DNA from: an uncultured Muribaculaceae bacterium
Lineage (GTDB): Bacteria > Pseudomonadota > Alphaproteobacteria > Rs-D84
Assembly: GCA_964587855.1 (NCBI GenBank)
Contig: CAZPLT010000001.1
Location: 83,523 to 147,522 of the forward strand
Direction: 5' to 3'
Length of the DNA stretch: 64,000 nucleotides
Part shown: one piece after another, positions 10,901-19,768 of the stretch
Numbering within the stretch: the first letter of the stretch is position 1
How the letters are laid out: every line of letters starts with the position of its first letter
Notes under the pieces: model-generated
Seen by the model: the letters and a program-made list of their open reading frames with translations, nothing else
The model's database searches: none
What the model was told of the DNA's origin: nothing
Translations under genes and position numbers: made by a program

Positions 10901-11382
10901 CCAAGAAAGATTTGGGATTGATTGCGATGATGTCGGGTGCTTATGTTGCTCAAATCGCAATGGGTGCAGATCAAATGCAGGCTATTCGTGCAATCAAAGA
11001 AGCCGAAGCATTCAATGGACCATCAATAATTTTGGCATACAGTCCATGTATTGCGCATGGTTATAACTTATCAAATGGACCAGCACATCAAAAGATGTTG
11101 GTTGATTCTGGTGTATGGCCATTGTATCGTTTTAATCCAGCTTTGATAGAGCAGGGTAAAAATCCACTGATAATGGATTCTGATGCCAGTACAGCAGCAA
11201 GCTTGGAAGATTTCTTGAAAACCGAGGGCCGTTTTAATGCTGCTCGTGCAATGAATCCGAAAAAGTTTGCAGGGTTGGTAGAATGCGCAATAACTGACAA
11301 TGAATATAGATGTGAATTAAAAAAACACATTGCTTCATTTGCTCTTTTGCGCAATAGTCCAAAAAAGAATGGGGAAGGTTAA
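7918..11382 (+). CDS. nifJ: Pyruvate:ferredoxin/flavodoxin oxidoreductase (PFOR, NifJ/YdbK-type, single polypeptide)
   Basis: 1150+ aa. N-terminal MTKMIVDGNWAAADVAYRCSEFSAIYPITPSS (PFOR domain I). Two 4Fe-4S CxxCxxCxxxCP motifs (CIQCGKCSMLCP, CTGCQVCVKNCP). TPP-binding GGDGW C-terminal domain. Confidence 0.9.
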   Translation: MTKMIVDGNWAAADVAYRCSEFSAIYPITPSSTMGELADEWAYQHKKNIWGAVPGIIEMQSEGGAAGAVHGALQMGALATTFTASQGLLLMIPNMYKIAGEQTPFVMHVAARALATHALSIFGDHSDVMSVRGTGFALLSSHNVQQAHDMAAIAHSATLRARVPFLHFFDGFRTSHEESRIEYIPDEVLQELIPTDLMLDARNRGMTPDAPTIRGTAQNPDVFFQGREAANKFYDAVPEIVQNVMNKFGKLTGRKYGLVEYTGDKKAENVIVVMGSAAETITETLPHLPKGVGMIAVHLYRPFPTDAFLKVLPDSVKNIAVLDRTKEPGSIGEPLYQDVVTVLQNRGIKIFGGRYGLGSKEFKPRDVQAVVENLINGKLHHNFTVGITDDVTKLSLKTDPKFANDVAGKSAILYGIGSDGTVGAVKNIVKIVGDNSDLYPQSYAVYDSKKSGGLTASHLRFAPKPIQSQYLVEYADFISVSNFTIAQRFDVFSGLKPGGIVMINTGHNPDEAFAMLPRDVQEHLIKQKAKVYFLDANRAARELGLGNRINTFIMLNFFNLTKVINPSIAAKSAKDAIEKTYHKKGEDVVAANWAAVDKAAEFLHEYTLPAQPSKSAPDWIPAMTANAPACIMNTLGEMAAMCGDDLPVSAMANSGEFPVGTSKYEKRGISENVVVCDLSKCIQCGKCSMLCPHAAIRMNAGKNIGGVPMKTSELGEDMEFLLTISPADCTGCQVCVKNCPVGALSVVPIEQAQKLGAQEAFDKAAKLPPVPKDKLNTNLPKHIELSEHMFEFPGACAGCGETPYIKLVTQLFGDHMVVANATGCSSIYGANLPTTPYTSDSNGRGPAWSNSLFEDNAEYGLGMRMALNQRREMLKGLLFKVFDDKDDKIIESLFDEKDIVKQRENVELVRKKAKGDKQIESLLDALVDKSVWIIGGDGWAYDIGYGGLDHVLHSGQNVNVLVMDTEGYSNTGGQQSKATPFGASMKFAVSGKEIAKKDLGLIAMMSGAYVAQIAMGADQMQAIRAIKEAEAFNGPSIILAYSPCIAHGYNLSNGPAHQKMLVDSGVWPLYRFNPALIEQGKNPLIMDSDASTAASLEDFLKTEGRFNAARAMNPKKFAGLVECAITDNEYRCELKKHIASFALLRNSPKKNGEG

Positions 11383-11384
11383 TT

Positions 11385-11816
11385 ATGAAACGGATTGGTT
11401 TTTATTTTTTGTTATTTTTAACATGTGCTTGCACTTTTCAGACCAAGCATAGGGGATATGTTTTCCCAGATGATTTGGATCAGCAAGCATCCAAGATAAA
11501 AACCACTGCCGTTCTAGAAGAAAAATTCGGCAGTCCCCAAGTAAAAACTATAAATGGTGATTCGGTTTGGATTTATTATGGAACTGATGAAAATTATCAT
11601 GGACCAATGCCACTGACTTATGATGAAAAGACAGCGATGTTGGTGTGGGTTGATGGAAATACTGTTTCACATATTAAAATTTTACGGGATAAAGAATTAC
11701 CAGATGTTAAAATTGCAGATGGGGAAACACCGATACCAGCCGCGATAGAGCTTAATGCGCTGGAAGAACTGGTGAATAATGTTGGAAGATTTAAACCTGC
11801 GGGACTCGGACAATAA
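11385..11816 (+). CDS. Lipoprotein, BamE (SmpA/OmlA)-like
   Basis: Lipobox LTCAC. SmpA/OmlA-like core (GSPQVKTINGDSVWIYYG...LVWVDGNTVSHI). Confidence 0.5.
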   Translation: MKRIGFYFLLFLTCACTFQTKHRGYVFPDDLDQQASKIKTTAVLEEKFGSPQVKTINGDSVWIYYGTDENYHGPMPLTYDEKTAMLVWVDGNTVSHIKILRDKELPDVKIADGETPIPAAIELNALEELVNNVGRFKPAGLGQ

Positions 11817-11874
11817 ATTGTGCTTGCTTTATAATGTGATTTTTTTATAAAATACGGGACAGGGAGAATTCATC

Positions 11875-12483
11875 ATGAAACTTAAATTTTTTACATCGTT
11901 CTTGGCGTTAACATTAATTTTAATAGCCCCCGAATGCCGTAGTGAAGATACAAATCTTATTTTTGCAGATTGTGGCGCTGGTTGGGTATTATCAAGCTCT
12001 ACAAGTATAGATGGCATAAAATCAGAAACATGTGAAAAATTATGGTGCTATGATTTAGAAACTGGTAAATCAATGGGAGCTGGCGATAAAGCTAATGCTG
12101 GATATGTTATAACAACTGACCCAGTTGTTGTGGAATCTTTGGACAGTGAGGGTAATTTAACCTCTATAGAATGCTTTGGACAACGCAAATGGTGTTCCGG
12201 CGAAACGGCTGGGGTATGGAATGCTAAATATGGTGCGTATACCAAGAAAGGTGAAGATAGTAACATATTTTTATCTGTTAAACGTGGGGATTGTTTTTCG
12301 TGGGGCTCAACTTCTTCTGTCGTAGCCGAATGTAAAGATGGTCAAATACCTATTTTGGTTAATGGACAATGGGTTTGTTCTGCTCGTAAATCTGGGGTTG
12401 CTACTAGTAATATGGGTACCAAAACTGTAGCAGGAGTTACTTCTACAATACATCGCAGTTCAACAGTAAAAAAAGCGAAATAA
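11875..12483 (+). CDS. Secreted cysteine-rich protein, unknown function
   Basis: Signal peptide. 12+ Cys spread across the protein. No recognisable domain. Confidence 0.5.
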   Translation: MKLKFFTSFLALTLILIAPECRSEDTNLIFADCGAGWVLSSSTSIDGIKSETCEKLWCYDLETGKSMGAGDKANAGYVITTDPVVVESLDSEGNLTSIECFGQRKWCSGETAGVWNAKYGAYTKKGEDSNIFLSVKRGDCFSWGSTSSVVAECKDGQIPILVNGQWVCSARKSGVATSNMGTKTVAGVTSTIHRSSTVKKAK

Positions 12484-12580
12484 CTTTTATAGATTTCGCA
12501 ATTACTAAAGTTTGAAATCCTGATTTTTTTATGATATAATATCAAGTATTGAGAGAATGCCAACACAAAGGGCGTGGCTG

Positions 12581-13138
12581 ATGGCAGCAAAAAAATTAGA
12601 TTTTAAAACTGGACAGTTCGTTGTCTATCCGACCCAAGGCGTCGGCAAGGTTGTTCGTATCGAAGAACAATCGTTTGGTGGCCAAAAAGTTTCTTTATTA
12701 GTAATTGATTTTGAACGCAGCAAGATGACTTTGCGCGTCCCGTTGGATCGTGCAGAAATATCTGGATTACGTCCATTAGTTACTCAAAAGAAAATGAATG
12801 AAGCCATCGAAAGCGCAAAGGGTAAAGCCGGTGTAAAACGAATGATATGGGCGCGTCGTGCGGCAATTTATGAAGATAATATAAATTCTGGCGATGTTAT
12901 GAAGGTTGCCGAGGTCGTTCGTGATTTACAAAGACGTGCATCTGCCGACCAGATGACTTTCTCTGCACGTGGCTTATATTTGCGCGCACTGGAAAGAATG
13001 GCCCAGGAATATTCAGCATTGTATAAATTGGATTTGGATGAAGCCTCTGAAAAGATCGAAGAAATAATAGGTGTTCCAAAAGAAATAGATTTAAATGCAG
13101 CCGAAGATGACGATGGCGATGTAGATGATTTAGAATAA
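12581..13138 (+). CDS. cdnL: CarD/CdnL-family RNA-polymerase-binding transcription factor
   Basis: N-terminal FKTGQFVVYPTQGVGKVVRIEE...KMTLRVPLDRAEISGLRPL matches the CarD_TRCF RNAP-interaction domain. Alternative start at 12557. Confidence 0.75.
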   Translation: MAAKKLDFKTGQFVVYPTQGVGKVVRIEEQSFGGQKVSLLVIDFERSKMTLRVPLDRAEISGLRPLVTQKKMNEAIESAKGKAGVKRMIWARRAAIYEDNINSGDVMKVAEVVRDLQRRASADQMTFSARGLYLRALERMAQEYSALYKLDLDEASEKIEEIIGVPKEIDLNAAEDDDGDVDDLE

Positions 13139-13170
13139 AAAAAACCGGCGAAACGCCGGTTTTTTAAAAT
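13134..13170. terminator. Bidirectional terminator between convergent cdnL and ssb
   Basis: A8-ccggcg-aaa-cgccgg-T6. Confidence 0.75.
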
Positions 13171-13625
13171 GGTATATCATCACCAATTTGTGAAACATTA
13201 ATTTCTTCGGGAGCAGATGATGTATTTTGCCCACTTGTGTTTTGTGAACTGTAATCACCACCATCCATTGCTTTTGCGCCGCTTAATATTACCAGTTGTC
13301 CAGAAAATTGGTTCAAAACGATTTCGGTTGTATAAACATCTTGGCCTTGTTGATTTTGCCATTTTCTGGTTTTCAATTGACCTTCTATATAAAGTTTAGT
13401 TCCTTTTTGCAACATGCGTTCAGCAACATCAGCCAAATTAGAATTAAATATTACAATACGATGCCATTCAGTTTGTTCTTTTTGTTCGCCTGTTTGACGA
13501 TCTTTCCAACGATCAGATGTAGCAAGTGAAAAATTAACTACTTTTTGTCCATTACTGGTAGTTCTGACCTGGGGATCGGTGCCGATATTTCCAACAAGAA
13601 TTACTTTGTTTATGCTGCCTGCCAT
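13164..13625 (-). CDS. ssb: Single-stranded DNA-binding protein
   Basis: OB-fold N-terminus ([15 protein letters not shown]...WHRIVIF), Gly/Gln-rich tail ending in the acidic DDIPF tip. Confidence 0.95.
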   Translation of the reverse strand: MAGSINKVILVGNIGTDPQVRTTSNGQKVVNFSLATSDRWKDRQTGEQKEQTEWHRIVIFNSNLADVAERMLQKGTKLYIEGQLKTRKWQNQQGQDVYTTEIVLNQFSGQLVILSGAKAMDGGDYSSQNTSGQNTSSAPEEINVSQIGDDIPF

Positions 13626-13693
13626 TGTGTCTTCCTTTTTTTAGTATAGCTTGATTTGACTATATTTTTTTAGAAAAATCAATATTAAACTTT

Positions 13694-13879
13694 TTATTTC
13701 TTTACGGCCCAAAATAAAGCAAAAACCCAGCCAATCCCAGTCCAGCCCAACAGCCAACTGGCACTGCGTACAATGCCATGGTCCAATTTATCTTTTTTTG
13801 TTTGGCTGACGAACCATGCAGGCGCCATCATTATCGCGAATATTAGTAAAACAGCCAAGATGTATTTTATTGTAATCAA
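13694..13879 (-). CDS. Small 2-TM membrane protein, superinfection-immunity (Imm)-like motif
   Basis: [26 protein letters not shown] resembles the Imm_superinfect signature (H-x-N...LLGWTxIGWxxALxWA). Confidence 0.45.
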   Translation of the reverse strand: MITIKYILAVLLIFAIMMAPAWFVSQTKKDKLDHGIVRSASWLLGWTGIGWVFALFWAVKK

Positions 13880-15123
13880 ATTTTATTAGAATATTTTGCT
13901 TTGTTACCTAATTCTTCTTCTATACGCATAAGCTGATTATATTTTGCCATTCTGTCGGTGCGCGACATACTGCCTGTTTTAATTTGTCCGGCATTTGTTG
14001 CAACCGCCAAATCCGCAATAGTCGTATCTTCGGTTTCGCCACTGCGATGAGAAATTATAACACCATAACCAGCATCTTGGGCAATTTTAATAGTATCCAT
14101 GGTTTCAGTAATAGTTCCGATTTGATTTGGCTTTATTAAAATAGCATTTGCAATTTTGTTATCAATTCCACGTTTTAATCGAACAGGATTTGTTACGAAC
14201 AAGTCATCACCAACCAGTTGAACTTTTTTGCCAATGCTCTTGGTCATTTCTTTCCATCCATTCCAATCATCTTCGGCCAATCCATCTTCTATGGAAATAA
14301 TTGGATAATCCAAAACTAGTTTTTTATAAAATTCTATCATTTGGTTTGATGATAATTTTTTATTTTCAAATTTATAAATTCCATTTTTATAAAATTCAGA
14401 TGCAGCGACATCCAGACCCAAAGCAACATCTTTGCCAGGGTTATATCCAGCGGCTTTTATCGCCTGGGTGATTAAATCAAGTGCATCGCGAGTGTTTTTT
14501 ATGTTTGGTGCAAAGCCACCCTCATCTCCAACATTTGTTGAATAGCCTGATTTCTTTAGAATAGCTTTTAGATTATGAAAAACTTCACTGCCTATTTTAA
14601 TTGATTTAGTTTCGTTTTTTACGATTGGAATAATCATAAATTCTTGGACATCTAAACCATTATCAGCATGTGCGCCACCATTGATTACATTCATCATTGG
14701 GCGAGGTAACAAAGTTCCAGTACCTAAATACTTATAAAATGATTTTCCAGATTGTTTTGCTGCGGCATGTGCCGCCGCCATAGATACTGCCAAGATAGCG
14801 TTCGCCCCTAATTTTGATTTATTAGGGGTTCCATCAATTTCAATCATCTTTTTATCTATTACGGATTGTTTGCTGGCATCCATTTTCAAAAGAGCAGGAG
14901 CTATGATTTTATTTACATTTTTTACCGCTTTTAAAACACCTTTGCCCATATAGTCCAAGCCGCCGTCGCGTAATTCCAATGCTTCGTGAGTTCCAGTTGA
15001 AGCCCCAGATGGCACACTGGCACGACCAATTATCCCGCTGCTTAAAAAAACGTCACATTCAATGGTGGGATTCCCGCGGCTGTCCATAATTTGTCTGGCA
15101 TGAATATTTTTTATTTTGAACAT
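13876..15123 (-). CDS. eno: Enolase
   Basis: [25 protein letters not shown]..., full-length, unmistakable. Confidence 0.95.
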   Translation of the reverse strand: MFKIKNIHARQIMDSRGNPTIECDVFLSSGIIGRASVPSGASTGTHEALELRDGGLDYMGKGVLKAVKNVNKIIAPALLKMDASKQSVIDKKMIEIDGTPNKSKLGANAILAVSMAAAHAAAKQSGKSFYKYLGTGTLLPRPMMNVINGGAHADNGLDVQEFMIIPIVKNETKSIKIGSEVFHNLKAILKKSGYSTNVGDEGGFAPNIKNTRDALDLITQAIKAAGYNPGKDVALGLDVAASEFYKNGIYKFENKKLSSNQMIEFYKKLVLDYPIISIEDGLAEDDWNGWKEMTKSIGKKVQLVGDDLFVTNPVRLKRGIDNKIANAILIKPNQIGTITETMDTIKIAQDAGYGVIISHRSGETEDTTIADLAVATNAGQIKTGSMSRTDRMAKYNQLMRIEEELGNKAKYSNKI

Positions 15124-15143
15124 TTCCCTTCCTTAAAGAATAT

Positions 15144-15872
15144 TTACATTTTAAAATTTTCACCCAAATAAACACGTCGTACCATTGGATCTTTGATAAT
15201 TTTATCGGTTGTTCCATGAATCAATATTTTCCCATCATGTAAAACATAAGATCTGTCTGTAACGCCCAAAGTTTCACGAACATTATGATCGGTAATAATA
15301 ACGCCCAAACCACGATTTTTTAATTGGGACACCAATGTGCGGATTTCATTTACAGCTATTGGATCAATCCCAGCAAATGGTTCGTCCAATAAAATAAATT
15401 TAGGATCATTTGCCAACGCACGGGCAATTTCAACACGTCTGCGTTCGCCACCAGATAAAGAAGTAGAAGGCGAAGTTCTTAAATGTTCAATTGAAAATTC
15501 ATGTAATAATTCATTTAATTTTTTTTCACGTTTTTCAGGATCTGTTTGTATAACTTCCAATATCGCCATAATATTTTGTTCTACGGATAAACCATGAAAA
15601 ACACTGTTTTCCTGGGGCAGATATCCAATATGTAAACGTGCACGTTGAAAGAAAGGCAAGTGAGTAATGTTTTGACTGTTTAAAAAAATTTGTCCGCTGG
15701 TGGATTGTATCTGTCCCGTGATGCAATAAAACGCCGTTGTTTTTCCAGCACCATTTGGACCCAGTAATCCGACGGATTCTCCCTGGCGGACGTCAATAGA
15801 AATATCCTTTAAAACTGTGCGTTTTCCATAGTTTTTGGAAAGATGTTCAATTTTTAAAATACTTTGTTTCAT
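15144..15872 (-). CDS. lptB: LPS export ABC transporter ATP-binding protein
   Basis: Walker A GPNGAGKTT, ABC signature LSGGERRR. Sits downstream of an OstA-like gene. Confidence 0.9.
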   Translation of the reverse strand: MKQSILKIEHLSKNYGKRTVLKDISIDVRQGESVGLLGPNGAGKTTAFYCITGQIQSTSGQIFLNSQNITHLPFFQRARLHIGYLPQENSVFHGLSVEQNIMAILEVIQTDPEKREKKLNELLHEFSIEHLRTSPSTSLSGGERRRVEIARALANDPKFILLDEPFAGIDPIAVNEIRTLVSQLKNRGLGVIITDHNVRETLGVTDRSYVLHDGKILIHGTTDKIIKDPMVRRVYLGENFKM

Positions 15873-16348
15873 AATTTTATCACCAATTCTTCTGTAATTA
15901 TTTGGTCCCCATTACTAGAATTAACACGAACGTTACCGGACAATGTTACGTCTTTTTTTAGTTTATCATATTTTCCAGTTTTTGCGCGAATATTATCTGT
16001 GATATTTTGCCCATTTGATACCCTGGTAATTTTTGCACGAATATTATCCAAAAAAACAAAGTTTGGAATGTCGTATTCTTGTCTGGCAATATCTGCATGC
16101 ATTGTAAATGGGTGTCCATCTTTATCTATTCCAGAAAATGAGGGATTTGTCATTTTAAATTGATTTTGCATTACGTCTGATAAATTAATTCCTGAAATAG
16201 GCATCCATCGTAAATTTTTAGAAATCATAGAGCCAGCAATCAGGGCGCCAATCAGAACCAGTCCCCAGCCAGTAAATATAAATTGCCACAAGCGCTGACC
16301 GCGCCGATAATTACTGGAAATAAGAAAATTTCTGTTTGACCATTCCAT
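15869..16348 (-). CDS. lptC: LptC/LptA (OstA)-family LPS transport protein with N-terminal membrane anchor
   Basis: Single N-terminal TM followed by OstA-like beta-jellyroll repeats (DNIRAKTGKYDKLKKDVTLSGNVRV). Upstream of lptB. Start chosen at MEWSNRNF. Confidence 0.6.
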   Translation of the reverse strand: MEWSNRNFLISSNYRRGQRLWQFIFTGWGLVLIGALIAGSMISKNLRWMPISGINLSDVMQNQFKMTNPSFSGIDKDGHPFTMHADIARQEYDIPNFVFLDNIRAKITRVSNGQNITDNIRAKTGKYDKLKKDVTLSGNVRVNSSNGDQIITEELVIKL

Positions 16349-16418
16349 TTCAATAATCCTATTGCAAAAGAGTTTGATTTGCAACATGTTTTCTGTTAGA
16401 ATAAGCTCAAGAGAGAAT

Positions 16419-17216
16419 ATGAAAAAAACAATAATCTTTTTTTGTTCGATGTTCTTTGCCTTGTGCTATTTGAATGGGGCTGTGGCTGCTATTAAAAAGG
16501 CTTCATCTGTATCTGAACAAACTTCACAAGGGGCTGCGGGATTGATGGCTGGCAACAGCTTGATTCCTACTGCTTTGGGTTTGGTTGGAAATGTTATGGA
16601 ATTAAATAAACAACAGGCAGCTTTATCCGCAGAATGTGTTCCTTCGGATTCTGAAATTGAATTTGTAAAAAAGTTAGTCCAAGAATGGGCCAAGGCTGGC
16701 GGCACAATTGATATGTCTGGTCGTACAGCATGTCTGGGTAAAGATGGAAAAAATTATGCTTTCAGTGTTAAATGGGCTATGGATGGGTCCCCTTGTTATG
16801 ATGCATTTAATGATGAAAATCAAATTTATAAAAATTATCCTTATCCAGGTAAAGGATTTGTGTTAAAAGATCAATCGCTGGAAGATAGTGATAAAAATAG
16901 AATTACTAAATCCGATATTTATGAAATATTTCCAAAAATTGGATTTGAAGATGCGGATTATTTGGCAAGTGAAGTTTCAATGGTTGCGAAATTAAAAGAA
17001 AAAGCGATAAAATGTGCCTCTGAAAAATTAAGTGCGAAACAACGTGAATTATGGGGTAATATGTTGACTCAGACAGTTGGTGGATTGGGGCAAAAACAAA
17101 ATGCTGGAACAACAATGCAACAGGTTGGTTCTGTTCTGCAAAGTGGTGGAAACAGCCCACTTGGGACATTGGGTGGAACAGTTAATATTTTAACTGGATC
17201 GCTTTTAGCACAATAA
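16419..17216 (+). CDS. Secreted protein, unknown function
   Basis: Signal peptide (MKKTIIFFCSMFFALCYLNGAVA). Gly/Gln-rich C-terminus. Divergent from lptC. Confidence 0.5.
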   Translation: MKKTIIFFCSMFFALCYLNGAVAAIKKASSVSEQTSQGAAGLMAGNSLIPTALGLVGNVMELNKQQAALSAECVPSDSEIEFVKKLVQEWAKAGGTIDMSGRTACLGKDGKNYAFSVKWAMDGSPCYDAFNDENQIYKNYPYPGKGFVLKDQSLEDSDKNRITKSDIYEIFPKIGFEDADYLASEVSMVAKLKEKAIKCASEKLSAKQRELWGNMLTQTVGGLGQKQNAGTTMQQVGSVLQSGGNSPLGTLGGTVNILTGSLLAQ

Positions 17217-17232
17217 AATATTTCCAAAAATT

Positions 17233-17769
17233 TTATTTAATTAAAATTAGAAATCTTGCACGACCATAAGATTTGTCTTTGATAATTTTCAAATCTGTGG
17301 GCAGGGTGGGGATATCAAAAGTTTTCTCTGTTTCCCATACAATTATTGCACCAGTTTTAGCCACAGGTGCAATTTTTTTAATAAATTCAACGCCTAATCC
17401 GGCATTTGAATATGGTGGATCAATAAATATTAAATCGGCATCAGATCCGAACTTCGAAATTGCGGAAAGTGCATCAATTTGAACAATTATGCCGTTTGCA
17501 CCATCCAATAACGCCAGATTTCTTTTAATGGTTTTTATTGATTCTGCATTAGTATCTGTAAAAATTGCTTTGGAATTTTGTGCTCGTGACAGCCATTCCA
17601 GCCCAAATTCACCACTGCCAGCAAAAGCATCCCAAACGATATGGGGGGAAATATTTCCCAACATATTGAACAAAGCAATTCGTGCTTTGTTTTGTGTTGG
17701 TCTGGCATTTAGCGGTAGATGTAATTTTTTACCACGCCATTTTCCTGAAATGATTTGCAAATTTGAATC
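17233..17769 (-). CDS. rsmD: 16S rRNA (guanine966-N2)-methyltransferase
   Basis: SAM-binding DAFAGSG and catalytic DPPY motifs. RsmD-type N-terminus (ISGKWRGKKL). Confidence 0.8.
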   Translation of the reverse strand, partial: DSNLQIISGKWRGKKLHLPLNARPTQNKARIALFNMLGNISPHIVWDAFAGSGEFGLEWLSRAQNSKAIFTDTNAESIKTIKRNLALLDGANGIIVQIDALSAISKFGSDADLIFIDPPYSNAGLGVEFIKKIAPVAKTGAIIVWETEKTFDIPTLPTDLKIIKDKSYGRARFLILIK

Positions 17770-17791
17770 CATAGGGTAAAGTATAAAACAA

Positions 17792-18238
17792 ATGAATAAA
17801 TTTATCAAAGAAACTTTGAAACTGGCGCGCAAAGCCTCATCACATGGGGATGTGCCGGTTGGTGCGGTCATTGTTCGTGATGGTAAAATTATCGCGCGCG
17901 GGGAAAATCAGGTTCAATTAAAGCGTAATCCAACATTGCACGCGGAAATTATTGCTATAAATAAAGCATGCAAAAAACTGGGCGAAAAATTTTTAACTGA
18001 TTGTGAAATGTATGTCAGCTTGGAACCTTGTGCAATGTGCGCTACGGCTATTTCTTTTGCACGACTTAAACGTGTAATTTTCGCAGCAACCGATGAAAAG
18101 GGCGGGGGAATATTGCATGGGGCGTGTGTGTATGAAACACAGAAAAACCTGTGGAAACCATTTGTTTCCCAAATGCCAGAGTTTGCAAACGAATCGGCAA
18201 AATTATTGAAAGATTTTTTCAAGCAAAGACGAGTTTAA
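17792..18238 (+). CDS. tadA: tRNA-specific adenosine deaminase
   Basis: CDA zinc motifs HAE...PCAMC. ~148 aa. Confidence 0.9.
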   Translation: MNKFIKETLKLARKASSHGDVPVGAVIVRDGKIIARGENQVQLKRNPTLHAEIIAINKACKKLGEKFLTDCEMYVSLEPCAMCATAISFARLKRVIFAATDEKGGGILHGACVYETQKNLWKPFVSQMPEFANESAKLLKDFFKQRRV

Positions 18239-19692
18239 ATCAAACTTTTTCCCGTCATTTCTTTTGGTTTTTTCAGGTCCAAAATTTTCAGCATGGTTGG
18301 TGCAATGTCTGACAGATCGCCACTTTTTAATTTAACTCGATTTGACCCAACAACAATAAATGCAACCCGATTCGTTGTATGTGATGTCCATGGGGCATTT
18401 AGTTTATAATTCCACATCTTTTCAGCATTGCCGTGATCAGCAGTTATTAGAACCGTTCCCCCCAGATTTAAAACAGCGGGCACTAAACGCGCCAATTGTG
18501 CATCTAAAACCTCCATCGCGCGAATCGTTGCGGCTTCGTTACCAGTGTGTCCAACCATATCGCCATTTGCATAATTAAGTATTACAACATCAAATTTTTT
18601 TAATTTTGGCAGCAGTACATCAGTAATTTTTATTGCGGACATTTCGGGCTTTAAATCAAATGTCGCAATGTTTGGTGATGGAATTAAAACCTTTTCTTCG
18701 CGGGGAAATTTAATGGTTCTTTCCGCATCAAAAAAGTAAGTAACGTGATTATATTTTTCTGTTTCAGCGATTCGCAATTGTGATAAACCATTATCTGCCA
18801 AAACATCGCCCAAGGTGTTTTTTACGGGCAGGTCTGGCAACAAAGATGGGGTTTTATCTTCTAACCCTGCTTGGGAAAATACAATTGTGCGTGCATTTAT
18901 TTTATTCAACATTTGTAAAATTTGTCTGACCCTGTCTGAACGATAATTTGTAATAAGAATCCCATCTTTGTTTGTAATTACAGATTTTTTAATAATTATT
19001 GGTTTGATAAATTCATCCGATTCTCCGCGAGCATATGCCGCACTCAATGCATCATCAATTGTCAGTGCGGAAAACTTTGCATGTCCCAAGGCAATCGCAT
19101 CAAACGCTAGTTTTGTTCTGTTAATATTTTGATTTCGATCCATTGCAAAATAACGACCAACCAGTGTTCCAAACCACCAAGAATTATTTTTGGGTAATCC
19201 ACGGCGTAATTTATTTATGAATTTCTGTGCGCTTTTGGGCGGAGTATCACGTCCATCTGAAAAAAAGTGGATACATATTTTAAGCCCAGATTTTAATAAT
19301 CTGTTTGCTATTAAAATAGTTTCGTTTATATCGGCGTGGATTTTTCCGTCTGACATCAAACCCATAAAATGAACAATTCCACCACGCTTTTTCATATCTT
19401 TTATAAATTCGGATAATGGACTATTTTTATTCCAGTTTTCTAAATCAAATCTGCGCAAGAATTGGTTTACAATTCTGCCACTGCCAATCGTTATATGTCC
19501 AACTTCGCTGTTACCCATGATGCTTGGCGGCAGCCCGACTGCTGTGCCACTGGCGCGCAAAGATGTGGCTGGGTATTTCTTTTTTAGATTATTTAAAAAA
19601 GGCATTTTAGCCAGTGCAACAGCATTATGCTTTTTTGTCGTACTGATACCAACACCATCCATTATGCAAAGAACAACTGGTTTTGTATTCAT
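18235..19692 (-). CDS. gpmI: 2,3-bisphosphoglycerate-independent phosphoglycerate mutase
   Basis: iPGM N-terminus (VVLCIMDGVGIS), metalloenzyme domain, ~485 aa. Confidence 0.9.
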   Translation of the reverse strand: MNTKPVVLCIMDGVGISTTKKHNAVALAKMPFLNNLKKKYPATSLRASGTAVGLPPSIMGNSEVGHITIGSGRIVNQFLRRFDLENWNKNSPLSEFIKDMKKRGGIVHFMGLMSDGKIHADINETILIANRLLKSGLKICIHFFSDGRDTPPKSAQKFINKLRRGLPKNNSWWFGTLVGRYFAMDRNQNINRTKLAFDAIALGHAKFSALTIDDALSAAYARGESDEFIKPIIIKKSVITNKDGILITNYRSDRVRQILQMLNKINARTIVFSQAGLEDKTPSLLPDLPVKNTLGDVLADNGLSQLRIAETEKYNHVTYFFDAERTIKFPREEKVLIPSPNIATFDLKPEMSAIKITDVLLPKLKKFDVVILNYANGDMVGHTGNEAATIRAMEVLDAQLARLVPAVLNLGGTVLITADHGNAEKMWNYKLNAPWTSHTTNRVAFIVVGSNRVKLKSGDLSDIAPTMLKILDLKKPKEMTGKSLI

Positions 19693-19768
19693 GTTATATA
19701 TTATATCATAAATATGCTTGATTGAATTCTATAAATTTCGTATAATGTCTAATAAGAAAGGAAATAAT

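Noticed and set aside
7916-11354. Numerous 60-120-aa ORFs on both strands inside PFOR, and similarly inside dnaK, rho, hisS and gpmI
   Set aside because: They are nested within well-supported long genes and lack RBS and independent signals.
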